A DNA stretch of 64,000 bases from Candidatus Saccharimonadota bacterium. GTDB taxonomy: Bacteria > Patescibacteriota > Saccharimonadia > Saccharimonadales > AWTP1-31. The notes under the pieces were generated by a model. The model worked only from the letters and a program-made list of their open reading frames with translations, did not search any database and was not told where the DNA came from. A program made the position numbers and the translations under genes. Location: the NCBI GenBank assembly GCA_026395435.1, contig JAPLYT010000011.1, forward strand, positions 74,363-138,362, given 5' to 3'. Every line of letters starts with the position of its first letter. Position 1 is the stretch's first letter. Below are positions 38,238 through 47,639 of this stretch, one piece after another.

Positions 38238-39078
38238 TCCTAATCTTACCTTTTAAGGTACGAAGATCGTGAAGAGCTTCAATCGCCTGCTCATGATTTG
38301 GCGGTGCGCCGTGCCAATTAAAGTCATATTCCATGAAATCAACACCCTTACCTGGAATAGTATGAGCGATGATCATGATTGGCTTCTCAATGATTGCCCG
38401 AGCCATAGCACAGGCGTCTATCACTGCTTCGACATTATTGCCGTCAATTTCTATGACATGCCATCCAAAGCTTACCCACTTGCCTTTAAGATCTTCTAGC
38501 GGCATAACGCTTTCAGTCGGGCCATCTATTTGAATATTGTTTCTATCAATAATACCTATGATGTTACTGAGTTTATTTTTGCTAGCGAACATTGCCGCCT
38601 CCCAAACATTTCCTTCATCGAGCTCACCGTCTCCCATCACGACATAGATCCATCGATGATGTTCTTCATTCATACGCATCGCCATAGCCATGCCAGATGC
38701 CTGACTCAAGCCACATCCGAGTGGGCCACTGGTATTTTCTAATCCTGGAAGTTTCGTGCGCTCTGGGTGCCCCTGTAATCGTGTGCCTAATTTTCGCAGA
38801 GTCATAAGTTCGGCTACGTCAAAGTATCCTGCTCGTGCCATTGAGGCGTACTGCACTGGCGCGCAGTGGCCATTACTAAGCAGTAAGATATCGCGTTCTT
38901 CCCAAGAAGGATTTTTTGGATCTTTTTTTAGTACATCAAAATAAAGTGCCGTAAAAATATCGGCAAGACCGAGTGGCCCGGCACTATGTCCACTTCCAGC
39001 ATGCTCAAGCATCCTGATAATATCTTCTCGAATCTGTTCAGCTTGCAGCTCAAGTTGCTCAACACTTAGCGTACTCAT
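38224..39078 (-). CDS. tkt: Transketolase, N-terminal (TPP-binding) subunit
   Basis: GHSAGPLGLADIFTALYF and GDGELDEGNVWEA TPP-binding motifs. Confidence 0.92.
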   Translation of the reverse strand: MSTLSVEQLELQAEQIREDIIRMLEHAGSGHSAGPLGLADIFTALYFDVLKKDPKNPSWEERDILLLSNGHCAPVQYASMARAGYFDVAELMTLRKLGTRLQGHPERTKLPGLENTSGPLGCGLSQASGMAMAMRMNEEHHRWIYVVMGDGELDEGNVWEAAMFASKNKLSNIIGIIDRNNIQIDGPTESVMPLEDLKGKWVSFGWHVIEIDGNNVEAVIDACAMARAIIEKPIMIIAHTIPGKGVDFMEYDFNWHGAPPNHEQAIEALHDLRTLKGKIRSEHE

Positions 39079-39713
39079 AGACTCTCCTTCATATTTGTTA
39101 CTAGTGTATCATAAGCTTTTTGAGGATTTTGAGCGTTCTGAACGGCGCCGCCTGCATTCAATACATCTACCCCGCCTAGAACTAATGTATGGACGTTAGC
39201 TGGTGCTACGCCCCCATCCCATCCAATTTCAATAGCAGGCGATAATCGTTTTATTTCCTCAGCTTTTTTAAGATACTCGAGCTTTGCATGACCTCCAAAA
39301 TAGCCAAGATCACCGCTGAATATGAGAACGTGATCAATGTGTGCTAACGCTGGTTTTATGACGTCAACTGCTGTTTCGCCAAGTAAAGATACCCCTACTT
39401 TGATTCCAAACGCATGAAGTCGCTCAGCAACTTCAAAATAACTGCCAGTTGCTTCAGCCTGGACAATCACCATGTGAGGCTTATGAACTAAAAGTTGCTT
39501 CATATACGGCATAACTGCCTTGTACATTAAATGCAAGTCAGCCTTCACACCAATCGGCCACCAGATTTCATCGAGTGATATGAGTGTATTCGGTGTGAAA
39601 ACGCCGTCAGCAAGATCGATATGTACTCTTTTGGCAAATGGTGCCACACGGTTCATCTGAATATCGTAGGTCTCTTTGTTCTCAGCGGTAATACAGGGAG
39701 CGATAATCGCCAT
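39075..39713 (-). CDS. rpe: Ribulose-phosphate 3-epimerase-like protein (divergent)
   Basis: The pattern follows Rpe (IAPCITA, HIDLADGVFTPN, DLHLM, FSGDLGYFGG, GWDGGV) but with substitutions at several canonical positions. Confidence 0.7.
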   Translation of the reverse strand: MAIIAPCITAENKETYDIQMNRVAPFAKRVHIDLADGVFTPNTLISLDEIWWPIGVKADLHLMYKAVMPYMKQLLVHKPHMVIVQAEATGSYFEVAERLHAFGIKVGVSLLGETAVDVIKPALAHIDHVLIFSGDLGYFGGHAKLEYLKKAEEIKRLSPAIEIGWDGGVAPANVHTLVLGGVDVLNAGGAVQNAQNPQKAYDTLVTNMKESL

Positions 39714-39714
39714 A

Positions 39715-40164
39715 CTAGTTTCCTAATGTATCAAGTTCTTTATTACGACGAACGAACCGAGGCGCACCCGCAAACGGCACGTTCAGCCATGTTTCGACAA
39801 TGATGTTTGCTTCACTTGATTCGAGTACGTGGGCCGGCAAACAAAGTACGTTACAGTCGTCATCGTTACGCGCAGTTCGGACTGATTCGCGGTTATACCC
39901 TAAACAAGCCCGAATGCCCTTAAAACGATTGGCTGCAATACACATACCTTGCCCGCTGCCGCAGATTAAAATTCCTCGTGACTCAGTATCAGTGGAGTTC
40001 CGCATACTTTGCACAACTTTAGATGCAAAAATTGGATAGTCATCTTCCGCCAAAAGCACAGTGTCACCGTCGTCTTCAACGTCATGGCCAGCAGCACGGA
40101 GATACCTAATAAGGTCATTTCTCAGCCGAAATCCGTTATGGTCTGCTCCGACGAAAATTTTCAT
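39715..40164 (-). CDS. rpiB: Ribose-5-phosphate isomerase B
   Basis: MKIFVGADHNGF and ICGSGQGMCIAANR are typical of the RpiB/LacAB family. Confidence 0.9.
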   Translation of the reverse strand: MKIFVGADHNGFRLRNDLIRYLRAAGHDVEDDGDTVLLAEDDYPIFASKVVQSMRNSTDTESRGILICGSGQGMCIAANRFKGIRACLGYNRESVRTARNDDDCNVLCLPAHVLESSEANIIVETWLNVPFAGAPRFVRRNKELDTLGN

Positions 40165-40172
40165 ATGAGTTT

Positions 40173-41213
40173 CTATTGATGACTCGCTTTATGATCATGT
40201 TTCAAGTGGAGTAAGCGACCGGTATCAGCAACTACTTCAACAAGCCTGTTACTGTAGCCCCATTCGTTGTCATACCAGGCAACTACTTTGAGCATGTTGT
40301 CGCCAACTACTGCGGTAAGTTTAAGATCGACTATAGCTGAGTGACTATTACCAATATAATCACTGCTGACGAGCTCTTCGTCTGAAACAGCTAGAATTCC
40401 TTGGTAGTAGGGCTCTTTGGCGGCTTTACTAAATACTTCGTTTACCGATTCAATGGTAACTGGTTTTTTAGTGATAATTACGAAATCACTGAGCGAAACA
40501 ACAGGCGTTGGCACGCGAACACTGAGGCCTCCAAAGATACCCTTGAGTGCCGGCAGCACCAGAGCAGCCGCTTTACTGGCTCCGGTTGTGGTTGGCACAA
40601 TGTTTTCGGCAGCGTTACGAGCTTCTCGCAGGTCTTTTGCTGGTGCATCCTGAAGTTTCTGACTGGCAGTGTAGCTATGTACGGTGGTCATCATGGCTTT
40701 TTCAATACCGAAATTTGCTTCGATCACAGCAGCCACTGGAGAGATACAGTTGGTTGTACACGAGGCGTTACTGATGATATCTTCAGCTGTTTCAAGTTTG
40801 TCTTCATTGACACCAAGAACAATGGTTGTAGCGCCGTCACCCTTGGCAGGCCCGGAAATGACGACTTTGTGGGCGCCGGCATCAATATGCGCTTTGGCGA
40901 GCGTAGGATCTACGAAGAATCCGGTAGATTCGATAACGACATCAATTTTGAGTTCTTTCCATGGCAACGCGGCAGGATCTTTTTCGGCAACAACGGCGAT
41001 AGATTTTTTATTAACGATAATGTTTTTGTCATCAAAGGTAACGTCGTGTTGATAGGTTCCGTAGTTGCTGTCATGCTTCAGTAAGTGTGCTAACGTCTTA
41101 GTATCAGTAAGATCATTGATAGCCACGATTTCTATATCACTTCGCTCAAAAGCTACCTTAAAGGCATTTCGTCCGATTCTTCCAAACCCGTTAATTGCTA
41201 CTCGTGTCTTCAT
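40173..41213 (-). CDS. gap: Glyceraldehyde-3-phosphate dehydrogenase, type I
   Basis: NGFGRIGR, the active-site SCTTNC and WYDNEWGYS. Confidence 0.95.
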   Translation of the reverse strand: MKTRVAINGFGRIGRNAFKVAFERSDIEIVAINDLTDTKTLAHLLKHDSNYGTYQHDVTFDDKNIIVNKKSIAVVAEKDPAALPWKELKIDVVIESTGFFVDPTLAKAHIDAGAHKVVISGPAKGDGATTIVLGVNEDKLETAEDIISNASCTTNCISPVAAVIEANFGIEKAMMTTVHSYTASQKLQDAPAKDLREARNAAENIVPTTTGASKAAALVLPALKGIFGGLSVRVPTPVVSLSDFVIITKKPVTIESVNEVFSKAAKEPYYQGILAVSDEELVSSDYIGNSHSAIVDLKLTAVVGDNMLKVVAWYDNEWGYSNRLVEVVADTGRLLHLKHDHKASHQ

Positions 41214-41317
41214 GATCCCCCCATGTAAAAGCTACTATTTCTACATAGAAGCATAACCGATATTATGCATTACGGCAATTGAATCTCGGTTATTAAAACA
41301 TGGAAAATAGAGGATTT

Positions 41318-41851
41318 CTACGCTTCTTTGGCCCAGCGAGTTTGGCATTCTTTGATAGTTGCTTTGGCATCGTCAATACTGCCCCAACCTAATACTTTGG
41401 TGCTGCCTGGTTTTTTGAGATCTTTATAGTGGTTGAAGTGGTGTTCTACTTGTTTGAGCCATTGAGCCGGAAGATCATCAAGAGATTTGATTGCGTCGCC
41501 ACTGTTTCGGTCGTCTGCAGGTACAGCTACGACTTTGTGGTCCATTTCGCCATCATCTTCAAAATTCATGATGCCGATTATCGTTGCTGAAACAACAACT
41601 CCTGTAGGGATTGGTTCGTCACAAATGAGCAGTACGTCGAGCTCATCGCCATCTTCGTCAAGTGTTTGCGGGATAAAACCATAATTACATGGCTTGGCAA
41701 AAATTGCCGGTTCTACACGATCGAGTTCGAAGATCGCCTGCTTGCGGTTCCATTCAATTTTGAGTTTAGAACCCATTCCTATTTCAATTACGGTGTTGAT
41801 CGTGCCATTGTCTACAGCGCCAGTGTCAAGAATCACGTTAAAATCTGCCAT
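41318..41851 (-). CDS. ppa: Inorganic pyrophosphatase (family I)
   Basis: DGDELDVLLI and the surrounding family I PPase pattern. 177 aa. Confidence 0.9.
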   Translation of the reverse strand: MADFNVILDTGAVDNGTINTVIEIGMGSKLKIEWNRKQAIFELDRVEPAIFAKPCNYGFIPQTLDEDGDELDVLLICDEPIPTGVVVSATIIGIMNFEDDGEMDHKVVAVPADDRNSGDAIKSLDDLPAQWLKQVEHHFNHYKDLKKPGSTKVLGWGSIDDAKATIKECQTRWAKEA

Positions 41852-41940
41852 ATATTCTCCTTAGTTTCAGCTTAGTATCTCAAATTATAATACCTTATTA
41901 TACGCAGTACGTCAGGAATTTTGCTACACTAGACATACGA

Positions 41941-42636
41941 ATGAAAATAATCGGACATCGGGGTGCTGCTGGCCTGGCCCCAGAAAACTCACTTGAAGCA
42001 ATAAGGGCTGGTATTAAAGCCGGTGTCGATGCTATTGAGTTTGATATACGATGCACGGCAGATGGAGAACTGGTGCTGTCGCATGATTCGACAACGCTCC
42101 GTACCCATGGCGTTGATCGTCGGGTGAAGGATATGCATTCCCACGAAGTAAGTAAGATTCGATCACCTGAAGGCACCACAGTGCCTACACTTGATCAAGC
42201 CGTACGACTTTCGGGCAAGACGCCACTGTTTATTGAAGGAAAGAGTGATGCCTGGGCAGAACCGCTCAGTGCTTATATTAATAAGCACACACTTAAAAGA
42301 TGCAGTGTCATATCGTTCAATCACGCCGAATTATCCAAATTCAAAAGGCTCTGTCCTACAATCAAAACCTATGTGCTGGAGCATCGCAATCCATTTGATG
42401 CCATTAACGCAGCACGTACGTACAACTTTGATGGTATCGATTTTAATTTCTGGACACTGAACCCGCTCACCTATTGGTTAGCCCGACGTCATAAATTTGA
42501 TATAGCGGTATTTACTATAAATAAATCATGGATCGCAGCCTTTGTGCATTTCCTCTACCCTGATATTTCGATTACCACTAATAATCCGGAACGAATGCAA
42601 CATTTAAGAACAAGCAAGAAAAGAGTTAACCCATAA
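41941..42636 (+). CDS. Glycerophosphodiester phosphodiesterase family protein
   Basis: N-terminal IIGHRGAAGLAPENSLEA and EFDIR motifs. Confidence 0.85.
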   Translation: MKIIGHRGAAGLAPENSLEAIRAGIKAGVDAIEFDIRCTADGELVLSHDSTTLRTHGVDRRVKDMHSHEVSKIRSPEGTTVPTLDQAVRLSGKTPLFIEGKSDAWAEPLSAYINKHTLKRCSVISFNHAELSKFKRLCPTIKTYVLEHRNPFDAINAARTYNFDGIDFNFWTLNPLTYWLARRHKFDIAVFTINKSWIAAFVHFLYPDISITTNNPERMQHLRTSKKRVNP

Positions 42637-43307
42637 TGAATATTACCTTAGTCCGAGTTTTTCATCATACCCCTCAAATCGTCAGTTATTCCTTTACTCC
42701 CGAACGCCCTATTCGCTATATCGCAGGGCAGTTTGTAGAGATCATCATACAGCATAATGACCCTGACAAACGAGGAGTCAAGCGTTGGTTCACGCTTTCC
42801 TCATCTCCAACCGAGAAGTACCTCACCATTACCACGAAACTTAGTGTAATTTCACCAAGTTCGTTTAAAAAGAACTTGATGCATCTGAACATTGGTGATT
42901 CTGTAGAATGTAGCGAAGCCATGGGAGATTTCGTGCTCCCAAAATCAGATAATATTCCACTGATCTTTGTAGCTGGTGGCATCGGCATTACGCCATATCG
43001 ATCAATGATTAAATGGCTTGTTGATTCAGGGCAATCTCGAAATATTCAAATCGTATATAGCGCTCATTCTACCGCTGAACTTACATTTAAGGATTTGCTC
43101 AACCAACCCTTCATCGAATTATATCCATACACTGAGAAGGAAAAACTTACCGCAGTAAAAATAGATGCCCTCTGTAGCGGTATTAAAGATAAGCAGATAT
43201 ACATTGCCGGGCCAGAACCTATGGCTGATGCTCTGTCTAAAGGATTTAAAGACTTAGGATCCTCCCGGCATCAAATAGTAACCGATTACTTCCCCGGTTA
43301 TAAGTAA
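42636..43307 (+). CDS. Ferredoxin-NADP reductase-like FAD/NAD(P)-binding oxidoreductase
   Basis: RWFTLSSSP (RxYS-type FAD site) and GGIGITPYRS (NAD(P) site). The start overlaps the upstream stop (TAATG). Confidence 0.75.
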   Translation: MNITLVRVFHHTPQIVSYSFTPERPIRYIAGQFVEIIIQHNDPDKRGVKRWFTLSSSPTEKYLTITTKLSVISPSSFKKNLMHLNIGDSVECSEAMGDFVLPKSDNIPLIFVAGGIGITPYRSMIKWLVDSGQSRNIQIVYSAHSTAELTFKDLLNQPFIELYPYTEKEKLTAVKIDALCSGIKDKQIYIAGPEPMADALSKGFKDLGSSRHQIVTDYFPGYK

Positions 43308-43308
43308 T

Positions 43309-44277
43309 CTATTTTAGATCGTGAAGAAATTCACGAATCATAAGAGCCGCCGTGTCCCCTTCACCAGTAGCGCTTGCTATTTGCATGGTAGCTCCACTAC
43401 GAACGTCGCCGGCTACAAATACGCCAGGCATATTTGTTTCTAATTTACTGTCAGATTTAATGAGACCAATCTCATCAAGCGCAATTTTGGTATCTTTCAG
43501 GAATCCAGTATTTGGACGTAACCCAATGAATATAAACACACCGTCAGTAATGATATTCTTTTGCTTGCCAGTTTTGCTGTTGGTGCTAACGACATGCGTC
43601 ACAACATTATCTTTAGCAACAATTTCATCGGTCGTAGTATTGAAATGAACGCTAATCTTATCTTTATAATCATTGAGCTCATGCTGTAAGACTTCTGATG
43701 CACGCATAGAGTCACCACGAACCAAGAGATCGATATGTGTAGCATAGCGGGTAAGGAAGATAGCTTCTTGTACTGCAGAATTTCCACCACCGACTACCAC
43801 CAGTTTTTTACCACGATAAAAAGCACCATCACATGTTGCACAATAGTGCACGCCGCGCGCAAAATATTCTGCTTCCCCGGGAATACCTAACTTTTTATAG
43901 TCACTTCCGGTGGCAATCAGCACTGCTCGAGCCTTAATGTCACCACTTGTTGTGGCCAAGAGCTTGTGTGTTCCTTTGTCTGTGATAGACATCACTTCGC
44001 CGAGTTCAATGACGGCACCAAACCGTTCGGCCTGTAAGCGTAAATTATCCGACAACTCCAGTCCGGCAACACCTTTTGGAAACCCAGGGTAGTTATCAAT
44101 CCAATCGGTTATTGCCGCTAAACCTCCAATTACTCCTTTTTCAAAGAGTAATGTAGTTATATCTTCACGAGTAGTATAGAGAGCTGCCGAAAGGGCTGCT
44201 GGTCCTGCTCCAATTGTGACTAGATCCCAGATTTTATGACTGGTTGCATCCATTACTGCTGGTTTATCTTTGACCAT
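43309..44277 (-). CDS. trxB: Thioredoxin-disulfide reductase
   Basis: GAGPAALSAALY, redox-active CATCDG and GGGNSAVQEA. Confidence 0.93.
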   Translation of the reverse strand: MVKDKPAVMDATSHKIWDLVTIGAGPAALSAALYTTREDITTLLFEKGVIGGLAAITDWIDNYPGFPKGVAGLELSDNLRLQAERFGAVIELGEVMSITDKGTHKLLATTSGDIKARAVLIATGSDYKKLGIPGEAEYFARGVHYCATCDGAFYRGKKLVVVGGGNSAVQEAIFLTRYATHIDLLVRGDSMRASEVLQHELNDYKDKISVHFNTTTDEIVAKDNVVTHVVSTNSKTGKQKNIITDGVFIFIGLRPNTGFLKDTKIALDEIGLIKSDSKLETNMPGVFVAGDVRSGATMQIASATGEGDTAALMIREFLHDLK

Positions 44278-44279
44278 GA

Positions 44280-44528
44280 CTAGGCAACTGCCGGCGCTAA
44301 TTTTGCTAGATTATACCCGACGACAATTTCTTTCGAATCATCATCTTTGGTAATGACTGTCACAGGCACGGCTAATTGTCCGCTCATTTCGAATGCTTCT
44401 TTTTGTCGTTCTGGATGATCATCGAGGTTAACCTCTGAATAGCTGTGGCCTTTCGCACCGAGCCATTTTTTAACCATTACGCAGTATGCGCAGGTATTAG
44501 TAGTGTAGATTGTGATGTCTTTTGCCAT
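44280..44528 (-). CDS. Glutaredoxin-like/NrdH-type small redoxin
   Basis: 82 aa with a CAYC (CxxC) motif near the N-terminus and a thioredoxin-fold pattern. Its stop lies 2 nt before the trxB start. Confidence 0.8.
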   Translation of the reverse strand: MAKDITIYTTNTCAYCVMVKKWLGAKGHSYSEVNLDDHPERQKEAFEMSGQLAVPVTVITKDDDSKEIVVGYNLAKLAPAVA

Positions 44529-44609
44529 GATTTGTACTCCAATTAGTGTTTTATTGTTTATTTTGTGAGGATGAATACAGTATATATAGTGCTTACGCTA
44601 ATTGCAAGA

Positions 44610-44623
44610 ACACTATATAGTGT
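44610..44623. promoter_or_regulatory. Perfect 14-nt palindrome ACACTATATAGTGT upstream of the redoxin-trxB operon
   Basis: Seen directly in the sequence. A related half-copy (TATATAGTG, 44583..44591) lies 19 nt away in inverted orientation. The palindrome is 82 nt upstream of the ATG at 44528. Confidence 0.35.
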
Positions 44624-44644
44624 GTTTTAGGCCTTTATGAATAT

Positions 44645-45211
44645 TTATTGACCGATTTTGACGAGTTCAATATCAAATACGAGGTCAGCGTTTGCGGGGA
44701 TGCCAGATCCTTGTGGTGCGTTAGCGCCATATGCTTGGACGGCAGGTATAAGGAGACGTCGTTTGCCACCAACTTTCATGCCTGGGACGCCTTCTTGCCA
44801 GCCTTTAATAACGTTTGCAAGTGGAAACGTTGCAGGTTGACCAGTATCAAGCGAACTTTGGAATATAATGCCAGTCGCTGCGACTGCTCCCGTATAGTGA
44901 GCTGTAACTGTATCGCCAACTTTAACTTCGTCGCCGGTTCCTTCGACGAGATCAGTTTTTACGAGCGTATCTACTTTGGCTGTCGTTTCGAAATCTTTTA
45001 GTTTAGTTCCTTGCAAAGCGCCCTCCTTAGGCTTAGTTGGTGTATTTGTTCCTGATTTTTTGGCTGCGTCTACAGCTGTGCTGGTATTCTTTTTATCCTT
45101 TTTACTTTCTTGATGTGTCTGCCAAATGACAAGACCACTAAAACCAAGGCTGGTAATTAAAAATAATACTGCAAGTGTAACAGCAGCAATTCTCTCGCCT
45201 ATTTTAGCCAT
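44645..45211 (-). CDS. Membrane-anchored FKBP-type peptidyl-prolyl cis-trans isomerase
   Basis: N-terminal TM helix and an FKBP core (GDTVTAHYTG, VIKGWQEGVPGMKVGGKRRLLIP, DLVFDIELV). Confidence 0.88.
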   Translation of the reverse strand: MAKIGERIAAVTLAVLFLITSLGFSGLVIWQTHQESKKDKKNTSTAVDAAKKSGTNTPTKPKEGALQGTKLKDFETTAKVDTLVKTDLVEGTGDEVKVGDTVTAHYTGAVAATGIIFQSSLDTGQPATFPLANVIKGWQEGVPGMKVGGKRRLLIPAVQAYGANAPQGSGIPANADLVFDIELVKIGQ

Positions 45212-45288
45212 AACACTACTCCTCTAAACATTAATGCTATACCAGTATACCGCACATCTACTCGTGTTTTGTATGATTTAGCAAGAAA

Positions 45289-45768
45289 CTACAACGTTGA
45301 TTTAAATTCCTGTACTTCATCGGGAAATCCATTTTTTATATGTCGAAGTAACTTTTTGTGGATAGTTTTTGATCTAAACGGTAGACCATCGAATTGTGAT
45401 AAAGGCACCCACATTGGGGTGTATATGTTTAGGCCAAGAGCATTGATTTTTCGCTCATCAGCTTTAGGATGCAACATAGGTATGCCCGATATAAATTCAC
45501 AAAGATACACATATTGCATGCCATACGGTTTTGGAGCTTGTTCTTTGTAGACGAGTCGAGGATTAGCAACTCTGACCATCGTTTCTTCATGAATTTCACG
45601 AAGTAAGGCCTTTTCAACGGATTCCCCAAGCTCTACGTGCCCACCAATAAGCGTATAGTACTGTTCACCAAACTTGTCGCGCTTCATGAGAAGGATATGG
45701 TTATCTTTGATAATTATGGCTCGAGCGGCAGATATCATAGTGCAAGTATACACTTTAGCAGTCACCAA
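45289..45768 (-). CDS. NUDIX hydrolase
   Basis: Nudix box GGHVELGESVEKALLREIHEETM. An alternative start is at 45738. Confidence 0.85.
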   Translation of the reverse strand: MVTAKVYTCTMISAARAIIIKDNHILLMKRDKFGEQYYTLIGGHVELGESVEKALLREIHEETMVRVANPRLVYKEQAPKPYGMQYVYLCEFISGIPMLHPKADERKINALGLNIYTPMWVPLSQFDGLPFRSKTIHKKLLRHIKNGFPDEVQEFKSTL

Positions 45769-45868
45769 CTACTACCTTCACGGGTTGAACCCGTGGAATG
45801 CATGAGTTATCCACAGGAATACATTTACAATCACATTCCGCTGACCTGTTAGAGGAGAAACCTCTAGG

Positions 45869-47638
45869 CTAGGCGGACATTTCAAATTCTTGAAGCTTCT
45901 TCTTGCTTGATTCAGACTTGCCTTGTTGGAGCGCAAGCAGTTGGGCATAAATACCATCGGTCTTGGAAAGCTGAGCGGGCGATCCTATTTCAGAAATGGT
46001 TCCTTTTGAAAGTGTGATGATTTCATCAACATCTTGAATAGTACTAAGCCTATGCGCGATAATGAGCGTAGTACGACCCTTCATGAGGCGCTCAAGCGCA
46101 GTTTGGACCATTGCTTCTGACTTGCTATCAAGACTACTGGTAGCTTCGTCGAGTATCAAGATTGGTGCGTCTTTGAGGAGCGCCCTGGCGATTGCGATAC
46201 GCTGTTTCTGACCGCCGCTGAGTTTGAGACCACGTTCGCCAATTTCGGTGTCGTACCCTTTTTCCAGCTTTTCGATGAATTCATGCGCGTTGGCAGACTT
46301 TGCAGCTTGGGTGATTTTCTCGATACTTGCACTGCTATTGCCGTAGCTAATGTTTTCGCGAATCGTACCGCTAAACAGTGCTGGATCCTGGAACACAACA
46401 CCGATATTTTCACGTAAGCTCTGTTGGGTCACTTGAGAGATATCTTGATCGTCTATCATGATTGTTCCGTATTGTGGTTCATACAATCGTAAGAGTAGAT
46501 TTGTCAGTGTTGTTTTGCCTTCACCGCTTTCACCAACGAGTGCTACCTTTGAATCAGGTTTTACAGTGACATTGATGTTCTTTAATACTTTCTTATCTCC
46601 GTAAGCGAATGACATATCGCTAAATGTGATTTGACCCTTTCGAACGACGAGTCGTTTGGCCGATGCAGTATCTTCAATGTCCGGTTTGAGGGCGATGATA
46701 TCAAAATAATCCTTACTGTCGGCAATTGCTCGCTGCGTATTTTCAACCAAGAAGCTAATTGTAAAGATAGGAATTCGAATCTGCATTGCATATAAGATGA
46801 GCGCCACAGCCTGACCTGGCGTTAGCAAACCGTTAGCTGCCTGTACAAAGATAAATAGATAGACGGCAAAAAATATGGCGTTTAGGGCCAGTCTTCTCAC
46901 CACATCCTTAGTGTGCCAAAAACGAGATTGTGGCTTGGTGAGCCCAATGACATTGTTGGTATGCTTTTGAAAGAATGAAATTTCTCTTTTTTCTTGGATG
47001 AAGCTCTTAACTACTTTTATCTGACCAATAGACTCCGCAAAACGACCACTTGCAATATCATTATTGTGGTTAATTTTTGCTTGGTAGCCTTGCCATGTGC
47101 CACTGGCTTTGATAGTCATCAGTATAAATATCGGATACAAAGTGAACAGTAGAAGCGCCACAGGGATACTATAATAGGCTACAATCGCCAGCGATAAGAC
47201 GGTACTAAAGATAAACTGCAAGAAGTTGTTGCTCCACATTTGCATAAAGTTAGTAATCTGTACGACCGATCTGCTAAGTCGGCTAATTATTTTGCCGGTA
47301 AGTTCTTGGTCAAAATAACTTTGCGGTAGTGTCATGAGATGTTTGTAATACCGTTCTCCTAGAACCTTGTATAATCGAGCTGACATTTGGTCACCATAGT
47401 AGCCATTAATATTGCTAATGAGGTTGCTCGCCAGGTCACTTACAAATATACCGACCACAATTATAACGAGACGATTGATATTTGAATCGGTACCACGACG
47501 TAGTTCATCTATTGCCCAACCACTGAGCAGCGGCTGAACTAAGCCGACGGCAGCTACCAGGATAGAAAGAGCACTGATGAGGTAGTAATAGCCCCGTAGT
47601 TCGCGTGTAAACCGAATAATTCGTAAGATGTGCTTCAT
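45869..47638 (-). CDS. ABC exporter, fused permease/ATPase (MsbA-like architecture)
   Basis: Six-TM N-terminal half, Walker A (GESGEGKTT), signature (LSGGQKQRIAIARA) and Walker B (ILILDEATS). Confidence 0.9.
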   Translation of the reverse strand: MKHILRIIRFTRELRGYYYLISALSILVAAVGLVQPLLSGWAIDELRRGTDSNINRLVIIVVGIFVSDLASNLISNINGYYGDQMSARLYKVLGERYYKHLMTLPQSYFDQELTGKIISRLSRSVVQITNFMQMWSNNFLQFIFSTVLSLAIVAYYSIPVALLLFTLYPIFILMTIKASGTWQGYQAKINHNNDIASGRFAESIGQIKVVKSFIQEKREISFFQKHTNNVIGLTKPQSRFWHTKDVVRRLALNAIFFAVYLFIFVQAANGLLTPGQAVALILYAMQIRIPIFTISFLVENTQRAIADSKDYFDIIALKPDIEDTASAKRLVVRKGQITFSDMSFAYGDKKVLKNINVTVKPDSKVALVGESGEGKTTLTNLLLRLYEPQYGTIMIDDQDISQVTQQSLRENIGVVFQDPALFSGTIRENISYGNSSASIEKITQAAKSANAHEFIEKLEKGYDTEIGERGLKLSGGQKQRIAIARALLKDAPILILDEATSSLDSKSEAMVQTALERLMKGRTTLIIAHRLSTIQDVDEIITLSKGTISEIGSPAQLSKTDGIYAQLLALQQGKSESSKKKLQEFEMSA

Positions 47639-47639
47639 G

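Noticed and set aside
40401-41084. 227-aa plus-strand ORF (and nested ORFs at 40417, 40547 and 40684)
   Set aside because: These ORFs are antisense to gap, whose identity is unambiguous, and they have no motifs.
41253-41293. 8-bp inverted repeat ATAACCGA...TCGGTTAT in the ppa-gap spacer as a terminator or riboswitch
   Set aside because: The loop is 25 nt, there is no U-tract, and no known motif matches. It is probably a weak structure or an operator, and the evidence is too thin to annotate.
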